DNA of 64,000 nucleotides from a virus (IMGVR_UViG_3300005537_000002:96001-160000); one strand, 5' to 3'; counted from the stretch's first letter, positions 9,561 through 19,346 are shown. The notes: generated by a model from the sequence alone, not told the origin. Made by a program: numbers and translations.

Positions 9561-10013
9561 TTGGCAAGTCAAACAGCACCTCGTTTAGCGGATACGGAGT
9601 TTGCAAATCGGTTACATCACGAGCTCTGGCCCTTTCACGGACATCCTAACGGTCCTAGGATGGCACAGATGGGTAACATTATGCAGGACCTGTCTAACTT
9701 AGCACAGGAGGGTGTGTACGTAGAACCCTCTTCCGTACGAGAGTACGTCTCGCTGAACCATCCTGAACTGAGTACGGGTAAGGATGTGGAGGAGTATGCA
9801 AAACTAGTGATGAAGGCTCACGTATTCTATCACCGGGAGATGCGAGACGTTGGTGAGACTCTAGCTAGGTCTAGCAAGCAGGAAGCTGTCAATGACAACG
9901 TTGCTACTACCAGGCCTAAGCTGCCTGTTAAGTCTATTGTACTGCATACGACTTGGATAGTTGTGTTTGTAGTCTGCATCGCAGTGATAGTGTTATACAT
10001 GCTACAGTCATAA
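9561..10013 (+). CDS. C-terminally membrane-anchored protein
   Basis: SD GGAGGAGG; hydrophobic C-terminus. Confidence 0.8.
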   Translation: MASQTAPRLADTEFANRLHHELWPFHGHPNGPRMAQMGNIMQDLSNLAQEGVYVEPSSVREYVSLNHPELSTGKDVEEYAKLVMKAHVFYHREMRDVGETLARSSKQEAVNDNVATTRPKLPVKSIVLHTTWIVVFVVCIAVIVLYMLQS

Positions 10014-10023
10014 GGGAGGTTTC

Positions 10024-10389
10024 GTGGACCACACACCATACGCACAGGAAGAGCTTCCGTATAGAGTCCCCAAACACGTGTGGGACAGAGCTAAGGAATT
10101 GTCGTACAAACTGCACGCTTTCGACTTAGAATCCGAGATGGATGCTGAAGATTGGTATCAGTGGGGCTTCATGTGGGCATGGGACTGCGTCCGTAGAGCA
10201 TACGCCGACTACTTACTAGAGGTCTGTACAGAGTCACTGGTCCAACTAATGCGAGGGCAACTCCAGTACGCTGTGCTATTCGACTCGCTGTTTAAGTCCG
10301 GCAACGATACACTATTCCCACTCGACATGGACGTCGGACTCGAACTCGCTAATTACGTGTGGTGTGAGCTGAAAGACTTGCCAAAGTAG
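10024..10389 (+). CDS. hypothetical protein
   Basis: SD GGGAGG. Confidence 0.8.
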   Translation: MDHTPYAQEELPYRVPKHVWDRAKELSYKLHAFDLESEMDAEDWYQWGFMWAWDCVRRAYADYLLEVCTESLVQLMRGQLQYAVLFDSLFKSGNDTLFPLDMDVGLELANYVWCELKDLPK

Positions 10390-10392
10390 GCT

Positions 10393-10434
10393 AACAAGAG
10401 GCCGAAAGCTATTATACTTTCGGCCTCTTGTTTT
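10393..10434 (+). terminator. intrinsic terminator whose 3' arm is the promoter -35
   Basis: 16-bp stem AACAAGAGGCCGAAAG/CTTTCGGCCTCTTGTT, 8-nt loop. Confidence 0.85.
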
Positions 10435-10460
10435 CGATTGGGTGAATATTTTATAATATA
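10394..10460 (+). repeat. 67-bp exact direct repeat, copy A
   Basis: Identical to 24911-24977. Confidence 0.95.
10424..10457 (+). promoter_or_regulatory. phage early promoter (copy 4)
   Basis: TTGTTT(10428-33)-N18-TATAAT(10452-57). Confidence 0.85.
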
Positions 10461-10498
10461 AATAGAAAATAAAATACTAGTTCCACAAGGAGGATACA

Positions 10499-10873
10499 TT
10501 GTCTAGGGAAGACCTTATTAGCAAACTACAACGTGCTTTAGAGTTTGCTATAGCAAACGATGCCGAAATCGCACAGTCTCTTGCTAACGTCCGTATATTG
10601 GGTGAGGCTTCTGAACCTGACTCTGCGGATGAGGGAATCATTACGCTACTAGAAAAAGTGGACCTTACGGAAGAGGCTCAAGAGATAGTCAACAAACACC
10701 CGTTGACTGACTCTATCGAGAGTGGGTACTTATACGACTTAGTCCTTAAGTACTACGGCAATCCGTATCAAAGGTCTGCCGGTGGTATGGTACGAGTATA
10801 CGGACTTGTACCGGGATCTGAAATACACTATCAAGTTTGGGACTATCCACCAGCTACAACAGAGGAGAACTAA
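10499..10873 (+). CDS. hypothetical protein
   Basis: SD AAGGAGG, TTG start. Confidence 0.85.
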   Translation: MSREDLISKLQRALEFAIANDAEIAQSLANVRILGEASEPDSADEGIITLLEKVDLTEEAQEIVNKHPLTDSIESGYLYDLVLKYYGNPYQRSAGGMVRVYGLVPGSEIHYQVWDYPPATTEEN

Positions 10874-10877
10874 CACA

Positions 10878-11237
10878 ATGACAACAGTAGACGACCTGAT
10901 CGACCAGTTACTGTCACTGCAAGAGGACGGGTACGGAGCTCAAGAAGTGAAGATTGTGTACCAACCGAGCTACCCGGTGATGACTCACCTTCGACAGGTA
11001 GTTAGCGAGGAGGAGTATACGGTCGCACTCATACAAAGAGACACTGAGGAGGAGATAGAGCACGTAGAGGGGGGTAAAGAAGAGGAAGCGATGAAGTATG
11101 AAGGTGACTCGGAGTTGGTGGCTACGCTCAAACGCTTACGAGCGATGGAGTTCGAGAGAGGTGATTGTGTCTATATTCTAGCCGGTGATGGTGGAGGATA
11201 TGCACCATCTCACATCTACGACTCTACGGGTTGGTAG
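10878..11237 (+). CDS. acidic hypothetical protein
   Basis: Start moved to ATG 10878; TV.DLI..L...QPSYP motif. Confidence 0.8.
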   Translation: MTTVDDLIDQLLSLQEDGYGAQEVKIVYQPSYPVMTHLRQVVSEEEYTVALIQRDTEEEIEHVEGGKEEEAMKYEGDSELVATLKRLRAMEFERGDCVYILAGDGGGYAPSHIYDSTGW

Positions 11238-11252
11238 AAAGGAATCTGTCCA

Positions 11253-11519
11253 ATGGATGAGATAAAAGAACTGCCAGCGTTCGAAGCTAGCATACACAGT
11301 ATACTGGTGAGAACTGGTCATAGACGTTTTGTAACGCTAGTACATAAGACGTTTGTAGCAGTCCTCTACTACAACATCGAGCATCTCGGTGACTATGATC
11401 GGGATGAGTATGTAGAGGGGCTTGAGCAGTATAGAGCCGTACTCGAAGCTAATGGATATAGAGTCATACTACAGGACTCTCCTCGGTCGAAACCGTGGCT
11501 GATGGTTGCTACCCTCTGA
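11253..11519 (+). CDS. hypothetical protein
   Basis: LEQYRAVLEANGYRV motif. Confidence 0.8.
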   Translation: MDEIKELPAFEASIHSILVRTGHRRFVTLVHKTFVAVLYYNIEHLGDYDRDEYVEGLEQYRAVLEANGYRVILQDSPRSKPWLMVATL

Positions 11520-11570
11520 GCTTAGTGAAGACGAAGTATATCGCAGTGATGACGCAGAGCCTTGATTGAG

Positions 11571-11616
11571 TATAAAGTATACCATCTTGTTTTCACCGGA
11601 TGGTATACTTTATAAT
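11571..11616 (+). promoter_or_regulatory. phage early promoter (copy 5) with -35 in the loop of a 16-bp hairpin
   Basis: TATAAAGTATACCATC/GATGGTATACTTTATA; TTGTTT(11587-92)-N18-TATAAT(11611-16). Confidence 0.9.
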
Positions 11617-11664
11617 ATATTATATAAATATAAAAATTCTTACACACCCAAAGGAGGTCCCCAT

Positions 11665-12321
11665 ATGTCACAACTTCAATTCCAACCAGATACGATACCA
11701 ACGAATCCAGACGACCTGACCTACGAAGCTAAGGGAGATGTGTTCCTTTTAGGTGAGGTGAAGAAAATGTCAACCTATTACGGTGGCGAATGCTTCAAGT
11801 GCGGTCGTAGCTTCAAGAAGGGGGATGAGATAGCGTTTGTGCCTAGGGGAAATGGTAGGGAAAGAGGTAGAGCGTATTGTCCAACGTTACTGTGCTTCTC
11901 TAACCCGGATACAGTACCGGAGACTCAGGAAGCACCGCTAACTGTGCCAGACGGGTACTACACAGTCGTCTTGAATGGTGATGAAACTGACTACGTTACC
12001 ATACGCATTTGGACCGGACTGTGGGGAGGAGATATACGTACAGTGTTGTCCCACTTGGTAGGACCGGATAACCAAGACCACTACTGCGGCTTTGCGTCTC
12101 TGGTCAATGGTAAAGTACGTATGTGGGCCAAATTTAAGGATAGCACGCGGCTACGCACCGCTGCTGAGTTCTTAATAGCAACGGACTCTCGTAAGGAAGC
12201 TAGTAAAACGTATGCTATGCAGTCTGGTCGTTGTGCTAGATGCAACCTGCCGCTGACAGTTCCGGCTAGCCTTCACGCAGGCTACGGTCCGATCTGCGCA
12301 GCAAAAGTAGGAGTATTGTAA
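11665..12321 (+). CDS. DUF6011 domain protein with N-terminal zinc-binding module
   Basis: CARCNLPLTVPASLHAGYGPICA; start moved to ATG 11665 (SD AAGGAGG). Confidence 0.8.
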   Translation: MSQLQFQPDTIPTNPDDLTYEAKGDVFLLGEVKKMSTYYGGECFKCGRSFKKGDEIAFVPRGNGRERGRAYCPTLLCFSNPDTVPETQEAPLTVPDGYYTVVLNGDETDYVTIRIWTGLWGGDIRTVLSHLVGPDNQDHYCGFASLVNGKVRMWAKFKDSTRLRTAAEFLIATDSRKEASKTYAMQSGRCARCNLPLTVPASLHAGYGPICAAKVGVL

Positions 12322-12645
12322 ATGAGGATGACTAAGTCGCGTCAAGCAGCTCAAACTGCTTGGGAGAAGTTAAAAGACCTAGCACGTGCTAGGTCTTATA
12401 CACAGACGTGGGAAGATAGGGCGTTCGTATTCGTGAGTGTGGGTCTTTACAACTTCCACATGTTTGACCTAACGTTTGCGGACCAGCAAATCTTGCAAAG
12501 CGACGCTGAGTTTGTAGAACTGGAAGATCAGCGACACGCGACATTGTATTGGGAGAGTGTAGACGACCGCAAGGCTATGGCAACCATATTGGGAGTTCTT
12601 ACACTGCCAGAGAAAGAGCTACCTAAAGAATGGCAGGTGGTATAA
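12322..12645 (+). CDS. hypothetical protein
   Basis: Abuts previous stop. Confidence 0.8.
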   Translation: MRMTKSRQAAQTAWEKLKDLARARSYTQTWEDRAFVFVSVGLYNFHMFDLTFADQQILQSDAEFVELEDQRHATLYWESVDDRKAMATILGVLTLPEKELPKEWQVV

Positions 12646-12646
12646 A

Positions 12647-12928
12647 ATGACTAGATACCTTTGGAAAGATGTCCGACGGGTGGTGATCTCCGACTGGGTG
12701 GAAGTCGACCAAGGACAACTTGAAGCGTTCGTAGAGAAGTGGAAGGAGGATCACCCGGAAGATCATAAGTACGCAGTTTACGCAGACAGACATTGGAAGT
12801 TACGTAGAGACGCGGTTAAGGCGTTCGTACAAGCACAGTTTGACGTGACGCACACGTTACCGGATTGGGTGATTGCTCAGGAAGAGTGGATAGTCATACA
12901 AGAAGTACTTATGGAAAGGGAGTTGTAA
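12647..12928 (+). CDS. hypothetical protein, 'H.LPDW' family
   Basis: Paralogue of 14066, 14374 and 52714. Confidence 0.8.
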   Translation: MTRYLWKDVRRVVISDWVEVDQGQLEAFVEKWKEDHPEDHKYAVYADRHWKLRRDAVKAFVQAQFDVTHTLPDWVIAQEEWIVIQEVLMEREL

Positions 12929-13402
12929 ATGACTTCCATATTCGACGATCGTGGAGGTAGTACTCCCATGTGGCCTACATTTAGGGGTGTAGACTTGAGC
13001 GAGGACGTAAAGGATGCAGTAGCTAGGGCGGTTAAGGGGTACATGTTTTTGACCGAAGGGATACAGGTCGGTAGTCACATGTTCGGTCTATCACATCACA
13101 AGTCCGTAATGTCGTTTGAGCTCTCTAAGATGTGCCGTCGGGCACATCTTAGCAGCGTAGGTCCGCTATACGTACTAGTAGCACTGTGTGAGTACGGTAA
13201 CGGACCTACGATTGGTATTGTACCTCATCTCTACCCTCAGTACCCACACGTACTGAGATTTGATGCTGTAGCGGTAGAACGCATCATGTTTGTATGCTAC
13301 CGACAGGTAGCATTAGCCGTATACGAAGCTAGTTCTTGTCCTACGCCAACGGAAGTGCTCAGCTTCCTACGCAAGGGGCAAGAGTTATATGGTACGAGGT
13401 GA
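12929..13402 (+). CDS. hypothetical protein
   Basis: SD AAGGGAG. Confidence 0.8.
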   Translation: MTSIFDDRGGSTPMWPTFRGVDLSEDVKDAVARAVKGYMFLTEGIQVGSHMFGLSHHKSVMSFELSKMCRRAHLSSVGPLYVLVALCEYGNGPTIGIVPHLYPQYPHVLRFDAVAVERIMFVCYRQVALAVYEASSCPTPTEVLSFLRKGQELYGTR

Positions 13403-13404
13403 GT

Positions 13405-13743
13405 ATGAAGAAAGTCGAAGTCACGCGTCAGCAGGTAGCGGAGTTTAGCACACTACTGTCGATGCGGATCCTGTACGGAATCGGAGATACTATGCGAGCG
13501 TATCACCGAGATATGGATGAGATGCCCCAAGAACTCCGCGAGTTGCTAGAGTACTTGTTGAGAGACGGGGATGCTCCACTCTCTCAACACTTCATCAATA
13601 AGAACATTGCTTCTGCCATCGAAGAAGCAATTCGGGAAGACATATACTTACACTGCGGTTTCGAGCACCACAACATCGAACTCGTCGGTGAAGAACCCGA
13701 CGACGTATTCTACGACCTAGAACAGAAAGGTAAGATGGCATGA
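13405..13743 (+). CDS. hypothetical protein
   Basis: Start moved to ATG 13405 (SD GAGGTG). Confidence 0.8.
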   Translation: MKKVEVTRQQVAEFSTLLSMRILYGIGDTMRAYHRDMDEMPQELRELLEYLLRDGDAPLSQHFINKNIASAIEEAIREDIYLHCGFEHHNIELVGEEPDDVFYDLEQKGKMA

Positions 13744-14063
13744 CTAACCAACGACCTAAAATCAAGCATGAAGGGAAACCTTCGGAACAACAAGAAGCCG
13801 TGTACGAAGCTATAGACGCTCACCTAGCAGACGAATGTAGGTATGAGTGGAGTCTACCTCTCTACAAACTGGATGGAACAGTACTCGTAGTACTCCATCC
13901 AGAACTGAACGCTCACGCGTACGAGTCCAAAGAACTAGTGTACTGCCTCGAGGGTCGCGTTATTAAGGTAATGGTTATAGACCTGGGTTCGATATCGCTA
14001 GAGGACGAGCGTAGAGTCCGTAGACAGCACGAGTTTGGCGATTGCGAAGACGAGGAGAACTAA
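13740..14063 (+). CDS. hypothetical protein
   Basis: ATGA overlap. Confidence 0.8.
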   Translation: MTNQRPKIKHEGKPSEQQEAVYEAIDAHLADECRYEWSLPLYKLDGTVLVVLHPELNAHAYESKELVYCLEGRVIKVMVIDLGSISLEDERRVRRQHEFGDCEDEEN

Positions 14064-14065
14064 CA

Positions 14066-14374
14066 ATGGCTGATAGGAAGTTATGGTTTGGCTACTACGC
14101 AAAAGTGGAGGGGACGATAGCTGATGAGTTCGTAGTAGACGAGACCGAGTTCGAGGACTTCTTAGCACAGTACAAAGCTCGCTCACGAGACGAGTGGCAG
14201 AGTCAGAATCCAACGGATGCCGAACTGAGAGAAGAAGCAGTCGAAGCGTTCATTGAAGAGTGGCTTAGAAAGAACCATGGAGCTGATACCGTACCGAATT
14301 GGCTTGACATCGACCTCACAACAGATGAGGAGTTCACGACTGCAGTCGTTGACGAAGATAAGGAGAACCAATAA
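14066..14374 (+). CDS. highly acidic protein, 'H.LPDW' family
   Basis: Start moved to ATG 14066 (SD GAGGAG). Confidence 0.85.
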   Translation: MADRKLWFGYYAKVEGTIADEFVVDETEFEDFLAQYKARSRDEWQSQNPTDAELREEAVEAFIEEWLRKNHGADTVPNWLDIDLTTDEEFTTAVVDEDKENQ

Positions 14375-14655
14375 TGAGTGGTAAGACGTTAAGGTTTAGC
14401 TACAGTGCGAGTATCGCAGTGGCAGTAGAGGATGAAGTAGAAGTCGATGAGGATGAATTGGAAGCCTTCGTTGCAGAGTATATAGAACAAAACAAACTTC
14501 GGCTAGAGGACGACACTGAGGAAGAGCTTAGAGACGAGGCGATAGCAGATTTCGTGGAGGAGAATTTCAAGGAAACCCACTACCTACCGGATTGGGCGTA
14601 CGAGTACGAGCAGAACGAGCGTACAGCAGAGCTTATCGAAGACGAAGGTGACTAA
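14374..14655 (+). CDS. highly acidic protein, 'H.LPDW' family
   Basis: About 32 D/E versus 7 K/R in 93 aa (hand count). Confidence 0.85.
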   Translation: MSGKTLRFSYSASIAVAVEDEVEVDEDELEAFVAEYIEQNKLRLEDDTEEELRDEAIADFVEENFKETHYLPDWAYEYEQNERTAELIEDEGD

Positions 14656-14660
14656 TCACT

Positions 14661-14930
14661 ATGCCGGAATACCTATTAGAAGCCCTTAAACAGTTGCTAG
14701 AGAGGCGGATTGAGTTTACGGAGAACTACTTAGGTGGAGGTGGAGGTGCTGAGTTAGCAAGGGACCTCTGTCGAATGGATCGACAGTTAGAGGTTGTGAA
14801 AGAACTTTTAGCAGACTACCCGAGCTTCGAATGGCTCAAGCAGATATGGAACGAGAACTTCTACGGTGGATACGACTCCTTAGAGGCGTACAAACTCGAC
14901 AACCCAGAAGAGAGGAGAACTAATGAGTAG
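14661..14930 (+). CDS. hypothetical protein
   Basis: Co-oriented ORF. Confidence 0.8.
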   Translation: MPEYLLEALKQLLERRIEFTENYLGGGGGAELARDLCRMDRQLEVVKELLADYPSFEWLKQIWNENFYGGYDSLEAYKLDNPEERRTNE

Positions 14931-15204
14931 CAAACTCGACACGGCTATGAACCGGGGTATGGCAATGGTTGTTAGGATGGACACTCAAGCTATGCTTGAA
15001 CGGGCTAGGCAACTGGAAGCACAGTACCCCGCGTACTGCTGGGTGTCAGATATCAGTTCAGAAAGGGACCCGTTGAACAGACCCCTGTTGCGACCGACCT
15101 TTTACTACTTTACCCAAAGAGGTGCTTATTGGGTAAATGAGGATTGGATACAGACCGGAAGGGGAACCCCTACTATAGACAGTAGCTTAAAAGAGGAGAT
15201 CTAA
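14923..15204 (+). CDS. hypothetical protein
   Basis: SD GAGGAG. Confidence 0.8.
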   Translation: MSSKLDTAMNRGMAMVVRMDTQAMLERARQLEAQYPAYCWVSDISSERDPLNRPLLRPTFYYFTQRGAYWVNEDWIQTGRGTPTIDSSLKEEI

Positions 15205-15794
15205 TGTCGTATAAACACCCAACCTTTTACCTTGGTACGTCGGAGAGGATCGAGCGTCGCGTATGGGATGCTATTGTAGATACCGTTATACACTTGCTAG
15301 AGTCCGGTATGACGACGTCTCAAGCCGACGAGGCGTTACCGACAGCTGAACTATACACGACAGACACTGAAGTACGTGAGGCTCACCGACAACTACAAGC
15401 TAAAGTTAGGCAGTCTTTTGGTACACGTTGGTGGACTTATACCGATGAGGACCCTATATGGTGGGCTGTTGACATACTGACCGATCGACTAGCACAGGAG
15501 GGTATCGTCACCCCACGAATAATCGATGACCGACCAGCGGATGATTGCGTTTGCTGGATGAACACCATTATAGAGAAGGGTGTAGAAAACGATAACTCCG
15601 GTTGGAAGATGTCGGTTGACCTGAAAGAGATACAAGAGTCTGCTTTGTGGGGCCGTAAGTGTGATACCTTACCAGAGTGGAACGGCGACAGCTCATACTA
15701 CGTTATGGGTAGTGAAAAGCGTATTATACGCGTGACCGTAGAGGATCTCGGCTGCATGCCAAGAGACTTCGCCGAAGACTACGATGAGGACTAA
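15204..15794 (+). CDS. hypothetical protein
   Basis: SD GAGGAG; 196 aa. Confidence 0.85.
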   Translation: MSYKHPTFYLGTSERIERRVWDAIVDTVIHLLESGMTTSQADEALPTAELYTTDTEVREAHRQLQAKVRQSFGTRWWTYTDEDPIWWAVDILTDRLAQEGIVTPRIIDDRPADDCVCWMNTIIEKGVENDNSGWKMSVDLKEIQESALWGRKCDTLPEWNGDSSYYVMGSEKRIIRVTVEDLGCMPRDFAEDYDED

Positions 15795-15796
15795 GT

Positions 15797-16000
15797 ATGC
15801 AACGTTGGTGTATTAAGGACGAACGTGTCGTAGTACTGTTGCTCCTGAACGGATTCGTCGTACAGGATTTGGTGGGTGTTACAGATGGTACGAATTGGAT
15901 GTACACTGACCTCCCTATAGAGGTGAACTGTCAGTACCTACTACCAGACGGACACGTTATCAGATCGGTTGGTACAGAACTAAAACTAGTAGGAGAGTAG
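15797..16000 (+). CDS. hypothetical protein
   Basis: Small beta-rich ORF; SD GAGG. Confidence 0.75.
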   Translation: MQRWCIKDERVVVLLLLNGFVVQDLVGVTDGTNWMYTDLPIEVNCQYLLPDGHVIRSVGTELKLVGE

Positions 16001-16003
16001 GCG

Positions 16004-16381
16004 ATGAGTCGGGGTGAAGGTTACTTGCTAGCTAGGGATTATGAGTTTGCCGAGATAGTACGGAGTATTGGGGAGGATTGGTTAGGAGTGAGTATAAAGC
16101 CTCAGTACTCCGGTGGGATACGAGGGCCGATAATACGATATGCTATCGGTGCTAGGGGCAATGGTATGTGGTTTCTCGGAGCTGACTGTGCTCGAACGTA
16201 CTTGCAATGGAGTAGATTTGGTAGCTACTACGGACCAAACGGTACGATGACGTTGCGAAAGCGTATTCTGAGTAATCCTAACTGCCGTAGACTAGCGAAA
16301 ACACTACTAGTTGAGGTGTATTACTCGCACGTGTCCGAAGATATAGTAGCGGAAGCACACAGTCTAGTCGGAGGTAATTAA
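16004..16381 (+). CDS. hypothetical protein
   Basis: SD AGGAG. Confidence 0.8.
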   Translation: MSRGEGYLLARDYEFAEIVRSIGEDWLGVSIKPQYSGGIRGPIIRYAIGARGNGMWFLGADCARTYLQWSRFGSYYGPNGTMTLRKRILSNPNCRRLAKTLLVEVYYSHVSEDIVAEAHSLVGGN

Positions 16382-16383
16382 CA

Positions 16384-16827
16384 ATGACAGGCACCGATTA
16401 CAGCCAGGTGTTCAATCCTGTGCTAGATGGAGACGGTCTGGAAGTAGAAGGTCATAGACACGACCTTTATTGGGAGGTTGAACGTCGCACCGAAAATTGG
16501 TGGCAGTGGTATTGGATTGTACCAGTTCGACGTAGCGAGTTTGTCTACAAGGTGAGTATAGATAACTGCATGGGTAGGTTCATCGCACTCAGACGAGGTT
16601 TAACTGAGGAGTTGGTTGACAGCACTCGCCTGCGGAAGAAAGAAGACCTAGCGAACTCACTCAAACTGACTGTAGAAGCCTATGAGGGTGACTACATTGT
16701 ACTCACTGACGGTTGGCATCTAGCAGGCAGGTGGCAAGTCGAGCACGGCAAGCTCGTAGCAGTTAGCGTTCCGGATGACGTTAAGTGGAGGCAAGGACCA
16801 CCGAGACTGTACGGAATGGCCTCATAG
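16384..16827 (+). CDS. hypothetical protein
   Basis: SD GGAGG. Confidence 0.8.
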   Translation: MTGTDYSQVFNPVLDGDGLEVEGHRHDLYWEVERRTENWWQWYWIVPVRRSEFVYKVSIDNCMGRFIALRRGLTEELVDSTRLRKKEDLANSLKLTVEAYEGDYIVLTDGWHLAGRWQVEHGKLVAVSVPDDVKWRQGPPRLYGMAS

Positions 16828-16842
16828 AAAAGGACTAAGCAA

Positions 16843-17076
16843 ATGACTTTAGACCCACACGGTCGCAGTGACATTGAGACCGCGATACTGTACTACACCG
16901 AACTGCTGCGACGTATACCTGAGCTACAGGAGAACACCCTCCGTATACAGCAGATTTCGTTTAAGATTGCTGTGCTGAACTCTATACCGAGTATGGACAG
17001 TATACGAGACCAGCTAGCGTATTGGGAGCAGTTCGGAGCACCCAAAGAGGGCCTACTTGGAGATGAGCCTGAATGA
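16843..17076 (+). CDS. hypothetical protein
   Basis: SD AAAGGA. Confidence 0.75.
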   Translation: MTLDPHGRSDIETAILYYTELLRRIPELQENTLRIQQISFKIAVLNSIPSMDSIRDQLAYWEQFGAPKEGLLGDEPE

Positions 17077-17540
17077 GTCGTAGGACGCATATGCTGTCAC
17101 TGGTGTTCGTCGGCATGGCATTGTGTACTGTGCTAATATTATTATGGCAAGCTATTACTAATCCTACCAACTACTTCCATGTCAGTTTTGATGCCTCAAC
17201 TCCGGTAGTGATGTACGACTTGCCCCCGGGTTCTCCTCATAGTTTCGAACGCTTTAGAGCACAGTACAAAGTGGTAGTACCCTACTGTGCTATGCCTCAA
17301 ATCGAACCTTGGCTTAACAACCGGCAGGGTACAGTTACTGCCAGTGATCAGAACGGCAACGGCTGTTTAGTAAGTGTGAACTCGAAACCCGTATGGATGC
17401 CGCCTACACAGTCGCAGTACTGGATTTGGTACGGATACACCTCGTGGAGAGACTGCAACCTCAGAACTCCAATTAGAGCGGCGTGCGACTTTTGGAATGC
17501 AAACGGTACCGAGTTGCTCGCTCGGTACAACAAATTATAG
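17073..17540 (+). CDS. exported or membrane-anchored protein
   Basis: N-terminal signal/TM segment; four Cys in the soluble part. Confidence 0.75.
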   Translation: MSRRTHMLSLVFVGMALCTVLILLWQAITNPTNYFHVSFDASTPVVMYDLPPGSPHSFERFRAQYKVVVPYCAMPQIEPWLNNRQGTVTASDQNGNGCLVSVNSKPVWMPPTQSQYWIWYGYTSWRDCNLRTPIRAACDFWNANGTELLARYNKL

Positions 17541-17547
17541 GTTTGCC

Positions 17548-17580
17548 ATCTTGTAAAACACCCGTAAGATTTATTATAAT
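17548..17580 (+). promoter_or_regulatory. phage early promoter (copy 6)
   Basis: CATC-TTGTAA(17551-56)-N18-TATAAT(17575-80). Confidence 0.85.
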
Positions 17581-17630
17581 ATAAATAGTAATAAATTATT
17601 ACTACATACCACCACTTAGGAGGTTAACGC

Positions 17631-18284
17631 ATGTCAGACGACGTAACACTCACGCAGGTAGAGTTGGAAAAAGCTAATGCATACATGTACTCACGGAAGA
17701 CCATTATGCACGACGATGGAGAGTTCTACTTCTATCACGGACTAAAAGGTGCACTACATCATGCTTTGCGTGTGGCAATTAACGATTACCACGAAGAGCA
17801 CAGGATGGACTACGAACGCTTTATGAGTATGCCAACAGCTAAGGAAGGCCGGCGTAAGACTATTCTGTACGCCGAACTAGACTCGGAAGGGCTTATGCCT
17901 ATCTGTGCTGACTGGCAGACGACTCACCAGGAGTTGGAAGACGTAGTTAGACGATGTCTAGAGACAAAGCCTTTCACTGACGATGACTTAGCAGACGCTC
18001 TCGTTTGGGGACTTCGCGCTCGTATGGTACTAGCTGTGCAGAGAGTGATAGCCGAATGGAGACCAAAGCTAGAGGCGTTGACGTATACTGTTTGGCTTGC
18101 TAACCAGATTGACCTAGCTTGCCAACACATACCGACAGACAGCGAACGGACGTTGGACATCGAGATCGTTGTAGAATGGATGCTATCGCAAGACAAGGCC
18201 AAAGTAATGGACCACTGTCTGCGTGGAGTACAGCCATACTACGACACAGACGTTTGCGATCTGTGGTTTGCCTATTACAACTAA
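17631..18284 (+). CDS. hypothetical protein
   Basis: SD AGGAGG; 217 aa. Confidence 0.85.
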   Translation: MSDDVTLTQVELEKANAYMYSRKTIMHDDGEFYFYHGLKGALHHALRVAINDYHEEHRMDYERFMSMPTAKEGRRKTILYAELDSEGLMPICADWQTTHQELEDVVRRCLETKPFTDDDLADALVWGLRARMVLAVQRVIAEWRPKLEALTYTVWLANQIDLACQHIPTDSERTLDIEIVVEWMLSQDKAKVMDHCLRGVQPYYDTDVCDLWFAYYN

Positions 18285-18297
18285 GTACAGTTAGTTT

Positions 18298-18330
18298 ACA
18301 GTGTAGAGTACGTAAAGTACTCTACACTGT
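18298..18330. repeat. perfect 14-bp inverted repeat, no U-tract
   Basis: ACAGTGTAGAGTAC-GTAAA-GTACTCTACACTGT. Confidence 0.9.
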
Positions 18331-18350
18331 GCTATGAAGGGGGTATAAAC

Positions 18351-18572
18351 ATGCCTTTATGGAAAGTCTCTGATTTCAAGTTGTATCGTGGGACATTTAC
18401 AGACTCTGAAGGGTTTCACGCGGTTGTGTTCCATGCGCTTGACGAGCTCAACGAGGTATATGTTCTTGGGGATGAGTACACTGACGCCAAGGATATAGAG
18501 GTCGAGTTGCATAAACAGCCTTCACTCTACGCCGACCTGGAAATCGGTATCATTATTAAGGAGAGGGAGTAA
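18351..18572 (+). CDS. hypothetical protein
   Basis: SD AAGGGGG. Confidence 0.8.
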   Translation: MPLWKVSDFKLYRGTFTDSEGFHAVVFHALDELNEVYVLGDEYTDAKDIEVELHKQPSLYADLEIGIIIKERE

Positions 18573-18574
18573 TT

Positions 18575-18868
18575 ATGCCGAATACAGCACTAGGCAATGA
18601 GTATTGGGATAAAGCTATCCCCTTTCCAGATGCAAGTCCGGAAGTGGACGTGTACACCAATATCCGAGGTATTGCGGACATGCACAACGGAGACGTAACC
18701 AAAGTTGTAGAGCACCTGAAAGTGCATATACTTGACCGGTGGCGAAAAGTGGCAAAGATTCCAGGCTTTGACCAGCAGTATTACGACAACTGGAACCGTC
18801 GAGTACAGTTGTTAGAGACTGAGATACAACATCTCGAACAGCGACAGAAAGGGCACGCGAATGCCTAA
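18575..18868 (+). CDS. hypothetical protein
   Basis: SD GAGGGAG. Confidence 0.8.
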   Translation: MPNTALGNEYWDKAIPFPDASPEVDVYTNIRGIADMHNGDVTKVVEHLKVHILDRWRKVAKIPGFDQQYYDNWNRRVQLLETEIQHLEQRQKGHANA

Positions 18869-19316
18869 AACCGTAGAGCAGTTAGCGTTGGAGTTGGATG
18901 ACGAAGAAGTACTGGCTGCGTATGCGTACTTGCAGTTCAACTCAGCCGTAGACAACGACTGTTGGTTGAGAGTCATTCTATCATGCGGTAACGAAGAGGA
19001 CCGTACTTCGATTGAAGCCTATCTAGCGAAGCTATGGCCTAGCATACGACTGCCTTCAACTGACGACATGAGAGAGTTCGTCAAGCAGCAGTGGACTAAG
19101 TACCCACCGAAGGTACGGGAGACTCCTAGGTTCGTGCAAGCACAGTTGTATGTGGAGCTTATCAAAGAGGCTCAACAAGGTATCAAGATAGAACGTAACC
19201 TCAAACCTAACCCAAATCTAGAGCGCACGACACAACAGTATACGGATGCCATTGATAGATACCTGTGGTGGTTACGAGTCAATGGCTATGAAGTGGCTGA
19301 CAGAGCTCATACTTAG
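18861..19316 (+). CDS. hypothetical protein
   Basis: Overlapping start. Confidence 0.8.
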   Translation: MPKTVEQLALELDDEEVLAAYAYLQFNSAVDNDCWLRVILSCGNEEDRTSIEAYLAKLWPSIRLPSTDDMREFVKQQWTKYPPKVRETPRFVQAQLYVELIKEAQQGIKIERNLKPNPNLERTTQQYTDAIDRYLWWLRVNGYEVADRAHT

Positions 19317-19346
19317 GACTCTGTCAGTAAGAAATGGAGGTCAACT

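Noticed and set aside
9546-9570. In-frame TAG followed by TTG, suggesting stop-codon recoding
   Set aside because: The next gene has its own GGAGGAGG SD, similar abutments use TAA (12321, 12928), and genes are intact under code 11.
18289-18300. AGTTAGTTTACA as a fifth arm of the inverted-repeat element
   Set aside because: Two T residues short, unpaired, and plausible by chance.
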